Below, one piece after another: positions 24,450 through 36,730 of a stretch of DNA of 64,000 bases. The notes beneath the pieces are model-generated. The model did not search any database and was not told the DNA's origin. It worked only from the letters and a program-made list of their open reading frames with translations. The position numbers were made by a program, and so were the translations under genes. The stretch spans positions 41,044,001-41,108,000 of the forward strand of contig NC_042998.1 of assembly GCF_006345805.1 (NCBI RefSeq). The letters are read 5' to 3'. This DNA comes from Octopus sinensis. Lineage: Eukaryota. Position 1 is the stretch's first letter, and every line of letters starts with the position of its first letter.

Positions 24450-25900
24450 ATTGTTGTTGTTGAAAATCCTTTGATTGTAAATCTGCTAATTCAGTACTGA
24501 CTTTGAGATTAACATCTATTATATTGGCAGCTTTCTTGATAGGTTTATCAAAACTTTGAAACATGAGGGATTTTTAAAGTTGTCCAAGAATTTTAGTATT
24601 ATTTTCAAAATTGTTGCTTCGGTGAATGTTGGCACTACAGATCATGATATTAGAAAATGGAGAAGATGAAAAGAGAATAGTTGTAAAGTTCATCATAAGA
24701 ATTACCTACCTTGACATCTATCATCATCATCATTTTTTTATGTGCTTTTTTCATGCATGTATGGGGTGAATGGGCCTTGAAGCATTTTGCATCTCTTAAT
24801 TCTTAGTGCATAGAATTTCTACTTCATGAAAAACTTTTGTTGAAGCCTATACATTCAAAAGACTTTAGGGATATGAGCTTTTTTGTATTGTTCGTTGATA
24901 TATAAGCGTAATACACTGTCATTCCACTGAAATGTTTTACTCAAATAAATGATGGATATGATATGTGGAGTTACTGAGTGCTGCAATGTAAATGTTTTTG
25001 TTTGAAGTGAGCTAAGTATCTAGGATGAAAGCAACATTGACATTGTTGTCTTTTAATGTTGATATGAGGATTGGTATTTTGTTATGGATTGACTGGGCAT
25101 TCCAGAGTATACAGGTTATAATATCCTGGTGAGATGCTGCAGTCTAGCTGTTTTGTCTTTGTACATTTGACATTCAAACAATGCTACCTTGTAATTGATA
25201 TCTTAGTAGATTACTTTGTGCACATTTTATGAACTTGATACTGTCACTTTTGCAATTTTTTATGTTTTATTGTTTGTTAGCAGTGTTTTTCTTTGGTAAT
25301 TCTTCATCAAATGATGCAACCATTTACATTTCTGGCCTCTTTTATTAAAATATTGATCCTAAACTGACAGGCATTAAAATTTATGTAAACTTGATGTATC
25401 AATCCCTATATTCTTTCTATTATTTCTAATGTTGTTTCCCTGATTTCTGGAAATACATTTCTGTTATTGTTTGTAGGTTTGTTAAAAAGATCTGAAATTT
25501 TTTTAATTGGTGTAAAGTTCTGTGTTCAGCTACTATAATTTTGCATTTTTCTTTTAAATACTATATTCTTTTGCTTCAATAATAATTGCAATGTGTGGCA
25601 TTTTCTTTGTAGGAGTAATAATAACTTCATCTTTAATGTGTAGCAGATTTCAATTACTATTGCAGTTCTTTAATATGATACTATTATTTCCTTCACCATT
25701 AGCAAAGAAGCAGTTATTTTAGGGGTTTTCATCAAATACAGCTTCCTTAATTGTAAGAGATAAATATAGATATGTGAGTGTGTAGGCAGGGGGCTATATG
25801 TAAACAATAATGTCAAGTGTTATGTTGTGTATATATTGCTAACAGACAGATAAATCAGTTAATGTCTTTAAGCAGATAAATAATAAAGGAACAATTTCAG
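24450..25900 (-). mobile_element. Decayed Jockey/I-like LINE 5' part (APE endonuclease)
   Basis: Minus frame ILWNAQSIHNKIPILISTLKDNNVNVAFILDT*LTSNKNIY (about 24980-25110) resembles the APE N-terminus (WNA.S..NK...ETWL); IIDV motif near 24510. Confidence 0.5.
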
Positions 25901-26439
25901 GAAGTATATATCTCTCATATAGTTAATTTATATTGTAGGTTAAGTAAGAAGATAGCCTAATTATCAGTTACCTAAATGAGCGATAAGTAAAGCAGTAGAT
26001 AAAGTATACAACTGAAAATGTCTTACATGCCACTACCTATTCAATAATAGAATTCCGTCATATGAACATAGAGGTAGAGAACACTATAAAGGTGTTGAAA
26101 TTAGAACCAATACTAAGTTCTTCAGTAAACTGCATGTTGGATAGTTGTACATTTCTAAGTAGTATATCTATGAATCAAATTTGTGTTGATCTGGTTTATT
26201 TTTGGTAGCAACATAGTGATGTAATAGCATTGCACTTTAAGGCAATAAATGATTCTTTTGACTTAGATGATGTAGAAAAGTCACACTGAAAGCTAGATGT
26301 CAAGTTTACTTTGGATTAAAATAGCCGAACTACAAATATATTACTTTATCTTCAGCTTCAGAATAACTGATTTAACTTCCTTTAAAGAAGGTATTTAAGT
26401 GTGTTCATGTTTTTAGTACCTGAAAAAGTCAAGATATTG

Positions 26440-26630
26440 CTATTTAACCCTAGGTCTGCTCTGACCCAGCAGTGTTGTGATAAAAGGTATTCCAGCCATG
26501 ACAATACTATCTTCTTTCAGGCATCATGTATTTAAAATTAAGATTATATTATTCAATGTGACCTTCCTTTTTCAGTTGATAGATGTAATTTGAAGGAGAT
26601 TTAGCTGTTAGTGGCTCTATTCAGTTATGT
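26440..26630 (+). repeat. Unclassified dispersed repeat family D
   Basis: gataaaaggtattccagccatgac...gatgtaatttgaaggagatttagctg; homologues at about 55175-55360 and 56180-56560 (+), 14985-15100 and 24355-24400 (-). Confidence 0.55.
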
Positions 26631-27299
26631 ATAGGAAAGTTAAAATTAGAACCAAAATTAGTTTATGCACTGAAAAGCTTCAGGTTCATTTACATGTTCC
26701 AATTTTGGCCTAGCTCTCTTCTTCATCCTATTTCTCAGGTATGAAGACACAGGAAAATTATATAAAGGTCTAAGAATTTCAAAGGCTTCTCATAAATATC
26801 TAAGTTAGAGGTAAAATGAAGTTGGAAACATAGAAAACCTGTGGCATAAATGTTGTGATCTAAAGGTGGATACAGTCAAAATTTAGTCAGACTGATGTGT
26901 TATATAACTTGGTATTAAGAGTAAATTATAAATAGATGATTATTTAGCCAGTAAGTTGAACTACATTAGATCAAATTTGCCCTTGGATATTGCTGTATAA
27001 CACAAATGACAATTTCTCATTACATTCACTTATAATTGTTTAACTGAAACATTGGTTCCCCTTTTTCCATAATACCTTGGTGATTAGCATTTGAAAAGAT
27101 GTTTATTCATTGAGTATCTATTCAGTTAATTTTGACAGTTGTTTTAGTTGTTATAACTAGTTACTAATGTATCTTGGAAGAAGCATAGCTGTGAGTTGCA
27201 AACAATTATGGGTTGGTAGCAAGTGCCATGTTTTTGCTAATTGTTTTAGGTGCCTATGTAGTCATGAACATTGAGGATGTGACAGCTAGATGGAGAGAG

Positions 27300-27440
27300 G
27301 TTGTACCAGCACATGGTCAGTACTCAGTTTCATCTGAGTAGACTGGAGCAACAAGAAATTAAGTGCTTAGCTCAAGGGCAAATGCCCAACCTTATGATTG
27401 TAAGCTTAACATCTTAACCATTTAGCTATATGCCTTCAAA
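27300..27440 (-). mobile_element. SINE fragment, third family with CORE-like motif
   Basis: gagcaacaagaaattaagtgcttagctcaagggca...ttaaccatttagctatatgcc. Confidence 0.45.
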
Positions 27441-27930
27441 TAATTTATGAAACTATTTATTTATCTTCCCTTTTACTAGTTTCACCTTGAGACCTGCAGT
27501 CATCCTATGGCATATATATATATCTGTGTGTGTGTGATTTATAATACAGCCTTCTTAGGTCATATTCCTGCATTTTTACTCACATTCCTGTATTATATCA
27601 TCTGTAAGGTATAATATTGGAAGAGCTATTTCAACTGCATTTTCAAAATCCTTCCATTGCCTGCCTCTTCTGCAGAGAATATCTATCATCCCTTCATGTG
27701 GCATTCTTCATCCCTGCAAATATCATTTATTTATATTATATGACCATATCAGTTGAGGTTTCTTTCCACATTACAATGACTGCTTCTGAAATTAACAGAA
27801 AACTCTTGAATGTTTTCATTAATTTGTTAAATTAGGCTAATAGATAATAGAACTCTAGAATAAGCATTTTGAAATACTAATCTTTTCTTTAAATTGTAAT
27901 GGCTGTCTATCTCAAATTTTTATTTTGCAG

Positions 27931-28104
27931 CATCATTTTGATGAAGTTAATATCAAGTTTCTTAAATTTCAACGTCCCTATGATTTTGAACCAAAATTAA
28001 ATCATGTTAAAAGAGAACTTGGCAGCATCGAAGGACGGATTCATTTATTAGATCTACACTCAGAGGAACCAGAGATAATTCAAGGACAGTTAGACCAATG
28101 CATT
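27931..28104 (+). CDS. DMD: Dystrophin exon 9 (174 nt)
   Basis: ttttgcag| HHFDEVNIKFLKFQRPYDFEPKL...QGQLDQCI |gtaagt; matches recalled human MKFRLFQKPANFEQRL...QSQLNHCV. Confidence 0.95.
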
Positions 28105-28410
28105 GTAAGTGAATCTGATTTTTATTATAATTTTAATATTTTAGCATCAGTTATTGGATGCATTTTGTTTGTTTTTGTCCTAGAACATAATGGATTGTGA
28201 TGTATGAGACATTTAAATGGCTCTTTTCATGAATGTTTTTTCTTTTATTTACATATTTATACCAGTATGAAAACACACTCACACATTGAGATACATTAAG
28301 TAAAATATGCTTGTATACACCAGTGTATTCTGGTCTATATTAATATGTATTTATACAAACATATTTACAGATTTTGATCAAAAGCATCTACAGAGGACTT
28401 TCTGAATATA

Positions 28411-29647
28411 CAGGGGTTGGACAAAATAATGGAAGCACCTTAAAATTTCAAACAGATTGATTTTAATATGGGGTAGGACTGCCTTTGGCAGTAATTATAG
28501 CTTGAATTCTACAAGGTATGGACTCGTACAAAGTTTGAATTGTTTCCAAAGGAATTTTTGTCCATTCTTCAGCTAAGACAGTCTCCAGTTTTTGTAGTGA
28601 TGATGGTGGAGGATATCGACTCCTTACTTGTTTTTCTAAAATGCACTATAAATGTTCAATAATATTGAGATCTGGGGACTATGGTGGCAAGATAATATGT
28701 TCAACTTCACTAGATGGTTCCTCGTGCCATTCAGTAACAACTTTAGCTGTGTGAATTGGTGCATTATCATCCTGAATGATTGCATTTCATTTCGGAAACA
28801 GTTCCACAGACATAGGATGAATATGATCAGATAAAATGCTTAAATAGTCTTGACTATTAATTCTGCCATGAAGGGAAACCATTGGGCCGGCAGATTTCTA
28901 AGATATAGCCCCCCGCCCACCCCCATCATCACAGATTTTCCATGTTTAACAGTCTGGATCAAATGCTTCTTTTGGCTGTCTCCACACATATACTCAGCCA
29001 GTGGTCTGAAATAAGGTAAAGGGTGGCTTGTTTGAGAAAATAACATTCTTCCACTGCTCTAGATAGGTTTTTACTCCACTGTAAACGCTTTGCAATGTTT
29101 GTTTAATGGTTTTCTGATTGCAGCCCTCCTATGAAATCTGGCTTTGTGCAGCTCCCAGCGAACAGTTTTTGTGGAAACTGGGTTCTCAAGGTGGTCATTA
29201 AGCTCTGCAGTAATTTTGGGAACTGTACTTTTGTGATCCTTTCTAACAATTTATGTAAGGGTCCGATGGTCCCTATCTGAAAGTTTTGGCTTTCTTCCAG
29301 AGTTTTGTTTTGACGAGGAGGTTTTTCCCTCTTTCTCAAAGGCTATCATTACTTTCGAGACAGTACTTTCATGATACACCAAACATTTTGGCTGTTTTCA
29401 TGACACTAGCGCCTGCATATGAGCACCAACAATTTGACCTCTTTGAAAGTCCAATAGATCTGTCATTTTAATGAATTTTAATTACCTTTTTCTGATGATA
29501 TCTGAAAAGAAACAGCAAGTTTAGCAAAACGTATTAAGCAACACTAATAATAAATCAAAAAGCATAAAAATATACAAACGTTTGACGGTTTTATAGATAT
29601 TTCAATATTATGATGCTTGGTGTTTCCATTATTTTGTCCAACCCTTG
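28411..29647 (-). mobile_element. Tc1-like DNA transposon copy 2, full length 1237 bp, DD36E spacing, pseudogenised
   Basis: TA|caggggttggacaaaataatgg...ccattattttgtccaacccttg|TA; IQDDNAPIHTAK...LPP*SPDLNIIE. Confidence 0.94.
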
Positions 29648-30540
29648 TATATGTTTCTAATATGACAATTTTCTGGAGACCTAGAGATTGGAAGACATTG
29701 TTATCTCTTAGACCTCTTCTCTTCCCTCTTGTTCAGTCAAGAATAAATTCAGTAATCTTCTGTTGATCTTAATTATGGAAAGAGTTAAATATCTTGTTCC
29801 ATCACTCTCACAGCGATGTTGATTGAACTCTAAATTATGTAAATTGTTGCCAAACCTTGATTAGTTTGTTTGTGACAATTTTAATGTGGAAGCCAGTAAC
29901 TTCAGAGTATAAGATCAAGTTCTCCAGTATCTTTCTCTTTTTTGTTTACATGTATATCTCAGCATGCCCTTTAGTTTTTTTTGGTTTTTTTTCTGTTGTA
30001 CTAAGATCCTGTCCAGAAGGAATAATAATGGGCTGGTTAATTTTAAGCTGAAAAAGGAAATAGTTGCTGATTTGGTAGAATTGCATGACAGGGTAGTGAA
30101 TTCAAGTGCTCATTGTTTAACACGCACACACATACAAAGAAAGAGGGAATGATGGGGAGAAGAGAGGACGACAGCATAAGGCATGTTTAGCAGTTAATTT
30201 TAAGTGAAGAAGGGATAGTTTTCAAATATCCAGAAGAGCAGTATCTGTTACAGTACTTTACAATTAATTTTTTTTTCATGCTAGTATCGTTGCTAAACCT
30301 ACATTGGTAGTTTGTGGCTTGTTTGCATTTTTTGAATTCCTTTGTGATCATCTAAATTAATCATTGGCAACATTAATGTAGAAAATAGTAATGTATCAAG
30401 AGTAGATGTAATCATTTATAAATCTTTCTTGGATTGTGTTAAGCAGAATAAAAGATAGTACTGTGGAAGGTGTCTGATATATCTTAACATTTCAGAAAAC
30501 CACAAGATTTGTGTTATTGATATATAACACACACACACAG

Positions 30541-31310
30541 TCATCATCATCATCATTGTTTAACATCCGCTTTCCATGTTGGCATGGGTTGGACGGTTTG
30601 ACTGAGGACTGGCAAGCCAGGAGGTTGCTCCAATCTGATCTGGCAAGGTTTCTACAGCTGGATGCCCTTCCTAATGCCAACACTCCGAGAGTGTAGAGGA
30701 TGCTTTTGGTGTGTCACTGGCATGAGAGCCAGTCAGGCGGTACTGGCATCAACCTCACTCGAATGTTGCTTTTTATGTGCCACCAGCACAGGAGCCAGTC
30801 AGGTGGCACTGGCACAGGTGCCAGTTAGGTAATGCTGGCATCAGCCATGACAACAATTTCACTTGACTCAACAGGTCTTCTCAAGCACAGCATATTGCTC
30901 AACAGTTGAAGAGTACTCTTAAATGGGCTGGTTATGTGACACTGGCATTGGCCATGGCTACGATCTCACTTGGCTTGCTGGGTCTTCTCAAGTACAGCAT
31001 ATCTCTAAAGGTTTCTGTCGCTTGTTATTGCTTGTGCAAGGCCCAACGTTTGAAGGTCATGCTTCACCACCTCATCCCAGGTCTTCCTGAGTCCACCTCT
31101 TCCACAGGTTCCCTCCACTATTAGGGTGTGACACTTCTTCACACAGCTGTCCTTATCCATATGTAACACATGACCATACCAGCACAGTCATCTCTCTTGC
31201 ACACCACATCTGATGCTTCTTATGTCCAACTTTTCTCTCAGGGCACTTACACTTGGTCATGTATGTGGACTGACATTACACATCCAGTGGCGCATACTAG
31301 CTTCATTCCC
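30541..31310 (-). mobile_element. RTE LINE 3' fragment
   Basis: (cat)n tail; minus-strand NEASM.HWMCNVS, WYGHV..MDKDSCVKKC, KTWDEVVKHDL. Confidence 0.85.
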
Positions 31311-31848
31311 GTGTCTGTACTGGGTGTTTTTTCTTTTTTTCTGTGGCACCATGGAGGTCACCAACCATACAGATTACAAGACTATAATCTCCTATACTGA
31401 GTGGGGCTACAGTAGAGCAAGAAGTAGCTTTATGTTAGAAAGTAATGGTTTAGAGTATGAGAGAAAGAGTCAGAACAGAAGAACTACTCGGCTACTCACA
31501 TTGTAGAGAAGGTAAGAGTGACCAGGATGGAGCTGGAAAAAGATAAAAATAATGGTGATGAGATGTCAGGATGGATTCTCAAGTTACAGCATCAGTAGAA
31601 GTGATTGGGAACAGGAAAGCAGAAAAATTGTGGGTATTGCTGCATCCAAACAATTAGTTGATGGTTCAAGTAGAGTTGCACAAAAAAAGAAGCAAACATT
31701 GAAACTTACACACTTAGTCTCTAACATGCTCCTTCAAAAGATGTCTCTCTTTATACAAATGTTAAGATATATAATTACCTTAATATAGGTGATGGTTGGA
31801 ATGTCATTTCAAGAAATTGATAGTATTATTTTATTACTCTGTCTATAG

Positions 31849-32004
31849 AAATTTTACAAAACTATGAGTGAATTGAAAACAGAGGTTGAATATGTTATCA
31901 AAACTGGACGACAGGTTGTTGAAAAGAAGCAGGTGGATTTTCCAGAAAAGCTTGGGAAACAGCTGGATGCTCTTAAGCAACAATATAATATACTCGGTGG
32001 TCAA
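31849..32004 (+). CDS. DMD: Dystrophin exon 10 (156 nt)
   Basis: ctatag| KFYKTMSELKTEVEYVIKTGRQVVEKKQVDFPEKLGKQLDALKQQYNILGGQ |gtaagt; diagnostic match to dystrophin/utrophin EVKSEVEMVIKTGRQIVQKKQ. Confidence 0.96.
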
Positions 32005-33324
32005 GTAAGTTTTAATCTTTTATTCTTATTTTCTCTCAACTGGTATTTATATGCTGCAAAATATAATTCTGTTGCAAAAAATATACCAGTCATGTTATTA
32101 TTCATTTAGGCTATGATGTAAAGACATCAATTATTCAACTAATACTCTTTGATCAAAATATTTATAATTTTAATTCTATTATCTTTGTTGGCTTGAAGAC
32201 AGACCTAGAGTAGTGAGGGCATGTCATTGATGGGGTCACAAATGGCAATGAAAGGACTTTGACAAACCTAGTTGATTGACCAAACAATTAATCCAATAAT
32301 CAATAGTTAATTGGGTTAAATAGTTAGCTAGTCAACTAATAATAATAAAAGAAACAAAATAAGACCACTGTGGGCCAAATAAATAGTGGCCCTTCTGAAA
32401 TACAGCAAAATCTGTTCCAACATGGATTCAAATTATAAACCTTGCAAACTGAGTATAAAAAGGAAGGTATTCACCATTTTCACACTAAAAAATATTTTGT
32501 GGGCTTTTTTGCATAGGATATGAAGTAAATAGACCATTCTGTAAATCTATTCAGTGTAATATTCTTCCACTGCTCTCACCAAATAAGCAGGTATAAAAAA
32601 AGCATTGAAGTGGTTTAGTCATTGTTTTGATATGTTGCATATTAATAGTTGTATGATTTCAGTACTCACAGTATTCGTAAACAATAACTTTATTACAGAT
32701 GTTGCAAATTATGTGTTCTGTTTATATACATTCTAGCCTTTGAATTATCTGTTAAGCATTTCATGATACAGGAAAATGATTTCATTGCAGAGTAATAAAA
32801 AAAATATTAATAGTATGCAACTTGCAAGTAGCAACAAGTAAACAGCATTACTGCAAGGCAAATATTTTTAGGTGGAACTTAATGTAAGATACTGTAAGAT
32901 ATTGTTTAATGGTAATGCTTAATCAAATACATATATACATATGCACAGTTATAGATTCACATGCACACAGCTTATCATTGCTATAATTATCATAATAAAA
33001 GCACATCTTTGCTATTTGTGTCAGCCCTGTTACCAACTCAAAGTTTCTATTTGGTATAATCTTAGCACGTTATTTTAGATTACTTTAGCCCAGCTGATTT
33101 AATGAAAATTAAACTTGCAATATTATTAACATGTTCACCTGAGTTTCACTGACCACAAGTCATATAATTCAGAAAGATATTCTTCAAGTAGCTGTAGGCT
33201 TCCCCTTATTTGTATATTGTGGAAAAGAAGCAAGTGAGCAAAAAGATGTAATATTTGGAGTGTTAAAAATCAAATAAGCATCCCATTGATGAGCAAAAAC
33301 AATATTTATTTTCATTTCTATTAT

Positions 33325-33450
33325 AGCTGTTGGCATAACTGTGTGGTTAAGAAGTTTGTTTCACAACTATGCAGATCTATGTTTCAGTCCACCTTGCAGC
33401 GTCTCGAGCAAGTGTCTTCTATTATAGTACTGGGTTGACCAATGCCCTGT
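33325..33450 (+). mobile_element. SINE family A head
   Basis: ctgtgtggttaagaagtttg...ttcagtccacc...gagcaagtgtcttctattatag. Confidence 0.6.
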
Positions 33451-34575
33451 GGAAAGCTGTATAAAGATTATATTCATATAAATGTAGCATGTCCATAAAT
33501 TACCATTACAATTTGAAAAATTTAGTAAACGATGGAAAACAAGAATAGTTACTAAAAATAAGGATAACCAAACTAAGTTTACTGGAAAGCATAGGCAAAC
33601 AAAGATTTATTAGAAGCATCAGATCACTTGCATATGGGCTTCATTTGTTTGCATGCAACACACTGCATACAATGAATTGTGGAAGAAGTTGTAAAGATAA
33701 TTTGTGAATACTCTGTGTGTGTTGTTTCAACTTGACCACAGCTACTTGGCTGATACACATAAAAGAAATATATCATTTAATAACATTTTGACTAGGCCCC
33801 ATGCAACTTCATAGGTTTGTCTAATGAAGTTAACTCTACAAGCCTGATAAGTTACGCTTGTTTGATGAGCCTACAAATTTTTTAGTTACCTAGAACTGAA
33901 GCAGACTGTTATTAAATGATATATGTAACTCCTACCAAATGTGCTTAGTGTCACTTACTTTTATTGTCCACTCATCTATACACACACACACAGATAGATA
34001 GATTCTTTACATTCACACTTTTCCAAAAATCACTTAGATACAAGTGGTGACATTGCTGTTATTTTCCTGGTAACAAATTGTCTACAGGCACTGCGCTTTC
34101 AAAGATGTATAGAATAAGAGATCCCTTATTTGAAAAACACTTAAGGGTTTTATTGACAAGAAGAGCATCTGGCTGTAAAACATTGCCCCAATATATTCAT
34201 CTAACTAATAATAACATGGTAGAAATGCATGTAAAAATGAACAAAAGAAACTCACTAATTGAAAAAATTCTGTCTGCTTAGATTATCTTGACACCCTATA
34301 GACATATGAACCAACATAGATATTTGTGCAAATTTCTATTACGATATGTGATGTTTTCATTTTTTAAGAGGATTTGGAACTGTATAAAAAATACTAACTT
34401 TTCATCTCCCCTATAGATTTACTGTAATTTAAAATGTAAAACTGGTATGAAGTCAGTTTTCAATATTCTGATCTTCTCCATTCCTCTTCTATTTGTTTAT
34501 CCTCATTTTCATATTTTAAAAATTCATATTTTAACACTATCCATACGACATATGCATATAAGTGTTTCTTATCTA

Positions 34576-34733
34576 CAGCTATGAAATCCCATGTGGACAG
34601 TTAAAAGACACATTTAAGTGTAACCGGAATTTCACCCTGCTCACTACAATATAGTGAGTAGGGTGCCTCTGCCTTAGAGAATTTTATGGCTCTTTGTGAG
34701 CGACACATACGGGCATTTGGGATTTCATAGCTA
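34576..34733. mobile_element. 158-bp MITE-like element, TA-flanked
   Basis: Inverted repeat ttatctacagctatgaaatccca (34569-34591) / tgggatttcatagctatagataa (34718-34740), 22 of 23 bases match; internal hairpin 34633-34665. Confidence 0.75.
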
Positions 34734-35280
34734 TAGATAAAAGAGGTTTCAATACATCTGTGGTATGGATATTGTTAATGCTGATGGTGGATTATATATT
34801 TTTAGCTGTAACTCAATTTTTAACTGTAACTCAGATCCACATTCCAGAATAAGGGGTGTCACATTTAATCATCAAAATTTGTAATATTATATCTATAAGA
34901 ATATAAAGGGTAAGATAGGTAGATAGATAAAACTAAATTACCTATCAGTATTATAGTTTTGTCATTGTGTATTTAGTATTAACTTTACATTTCTTTCCTC
35001 AGAAGTTAATGAAATAAGAACCAGTAATATCTTGGCATCATTTCAATTGACTTTATCTTCGCCCCACAAAACATAAGATTGCCTAATGCCTAGTCAAAGG
35101 AAATCAATATTCTATATATTGGAGAATGTGAAAATGTATAATTGTAATAGAGATTTTAAGATAGATGTACTTCCAATTCCTCTGTGTGTGTGAGAGGAGA
35201 TGACGAGGGTGGTGATTGTGAAGTTGATTATAATAGGATGTAGCAAGCTATTGATCTGTCGAGTTTCTTTGTTGTTAATG

Positions 35281-35282
<2 letters not shown>

Positions 35283-35317
<35 letters not shown>
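35283..35317. repeat. (CA)n microsatellite
   Basis: Direct reading. Confidence 0.95.
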
Positions 35318-35321
<4 letters not shown>

Positions 35322-35779
35322 TTGGTAAAAAGTTCAAAGTAACTTGTGTAGAATATTATAAGAATTGAACACTTTATAATAACTTTCTAAATAAATATTA
35401 TTTTAATTCATGACACTTTTTTAAAGTACAAAAATGTATTTAATGATTTAATGAGTAAAAAATATATAGATATATTCTTTTTCTTTTTTGTAACTGAATT
35501 TAAAATTTCTACTTGTGAAAATATTTTCCGTATATTCTCCCTTTTATTTATTCGGCTCATGTGGAAGAATTGCTTTTTTTTTACAGTTGTAAAAGTAAGC
35601 TCAAAACACTATAAAGACTTGAACTTACGATCATATGTCAGTAGTTCATTATCGTAATCTTACAGCCTTTATGCTCCTACTCTATGATCAACTTGATACT
35701 TAAGTACATTAGAGTTTTGTATTTATGATGGATGTATATAACTTCAAATGCTGGAACAATTTTTTTAAAGTGATATTCT

Positions 35780-36080
35780 GTATCTCAGCTATTTTTGTAT
35801 TGAGAGGTTACGACTCCATTACTATAGACATGTGATTAGCCTGTCACAGGAAAGAATTGCAAGTCAGATCCTTTAAGCTGATTCAACCAGCAACAGGCCA
35901 AGGAGTAGACCAAGAACAAGATGGTTAGATAATATCCATACTCTCAGTTGGTCATGCTTGGCAATCCAGCTGGAAAGTTTTAATGATGGCTGCTTCTTGT
36001 AGGACACTATGGGGGGAGGTTACCTGAGGACTGTACCTCAATGACCCACTCAGAAATTGGAGCAGAGCAGATGAATGGAT
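35780..36080 (+). mobile_element. RTE LINE 3' fragment, second RTE family
   Basis: IERLRLHYYRHVISLSQERIASQIL*...RPRSRPRTRWLDNI resembles the RTE C-terminal RWYGHV.RM..ER...RPRGRPR.RW.D. Confidence 0.65.
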
Positions 36081-36204
36081 GTACTTTTTAGATGAAGTAA
36101 CATTATCACAGTGTCCCATAGCATTGAGTGTCTCAATTTTTGATGGTTAGGGTTAGTTGATATCAACACCCCCAGTATTTAACTAGTACTTTATTTAATC
36201 AAAA

Positions 36205-36410
36205 TAACAATCATTAAATATCCATTTTCCATGCCAGCATGGATTGGACAGTTTGACAGGAGCTGGAAAGCTGCACCAGGCTCCATTTTTCTTGCATAGT
36301 TTCTACATCTGGATGTCCTTCCTAACACCAATCACTTTACAGAGTGTACTGGGTGCTTTTTTATGTGGTACCAGCCCAGTTACTTTATATGTGGCACCAG
36401 CACGGACGTT
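36205..36410 (-). mobile_element. RTE 3'-tail-type element
   Basis: tttccatgccagcatggattggacagtttgac...ctgcaccaggctcc...ctggatgtccttcctaacacc. Confidence 0.75.
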
Positions 36411-36565
36411 TTTTTACTTGAAATATTTTGACTTGTAATGTTTTTTATATAAAATGATATTTTAAGACCCAACTATTTTCAATAATCATTTGACAGATGT
36501 TTTCCTGATACATGTATTGAGTATTTTTCATTAATTTATGCTATCTTACAATTCTCATTATATAG

Positions 36566-36730
36566 GTAACACAAGGAAAATCAAACTTAGAGAAAGCTGT
36601 CAAATTAGCTCGAAAACTGAAGAAGGAAGTTATTTCAGTAAAAGAATTTATTTCCACCAGGAATATTGAGTTAAATGAAAGAGCAACAGATATTAATTGT
36701 AACCTAGATAAAGAAGTGGAATTTATTTCT
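36566..36730 (+). CDS. DMD: Dystrophin exon 11 (165 nt)
   Basis: tatag| VTQGKSNLEKAVKLARKLKKEV...NLDKEVEFIS |gtaagt; matches recalled human VTERKQQLEKCLKLSRKMRKEM...NLDSEV. Confidence 0.94.
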
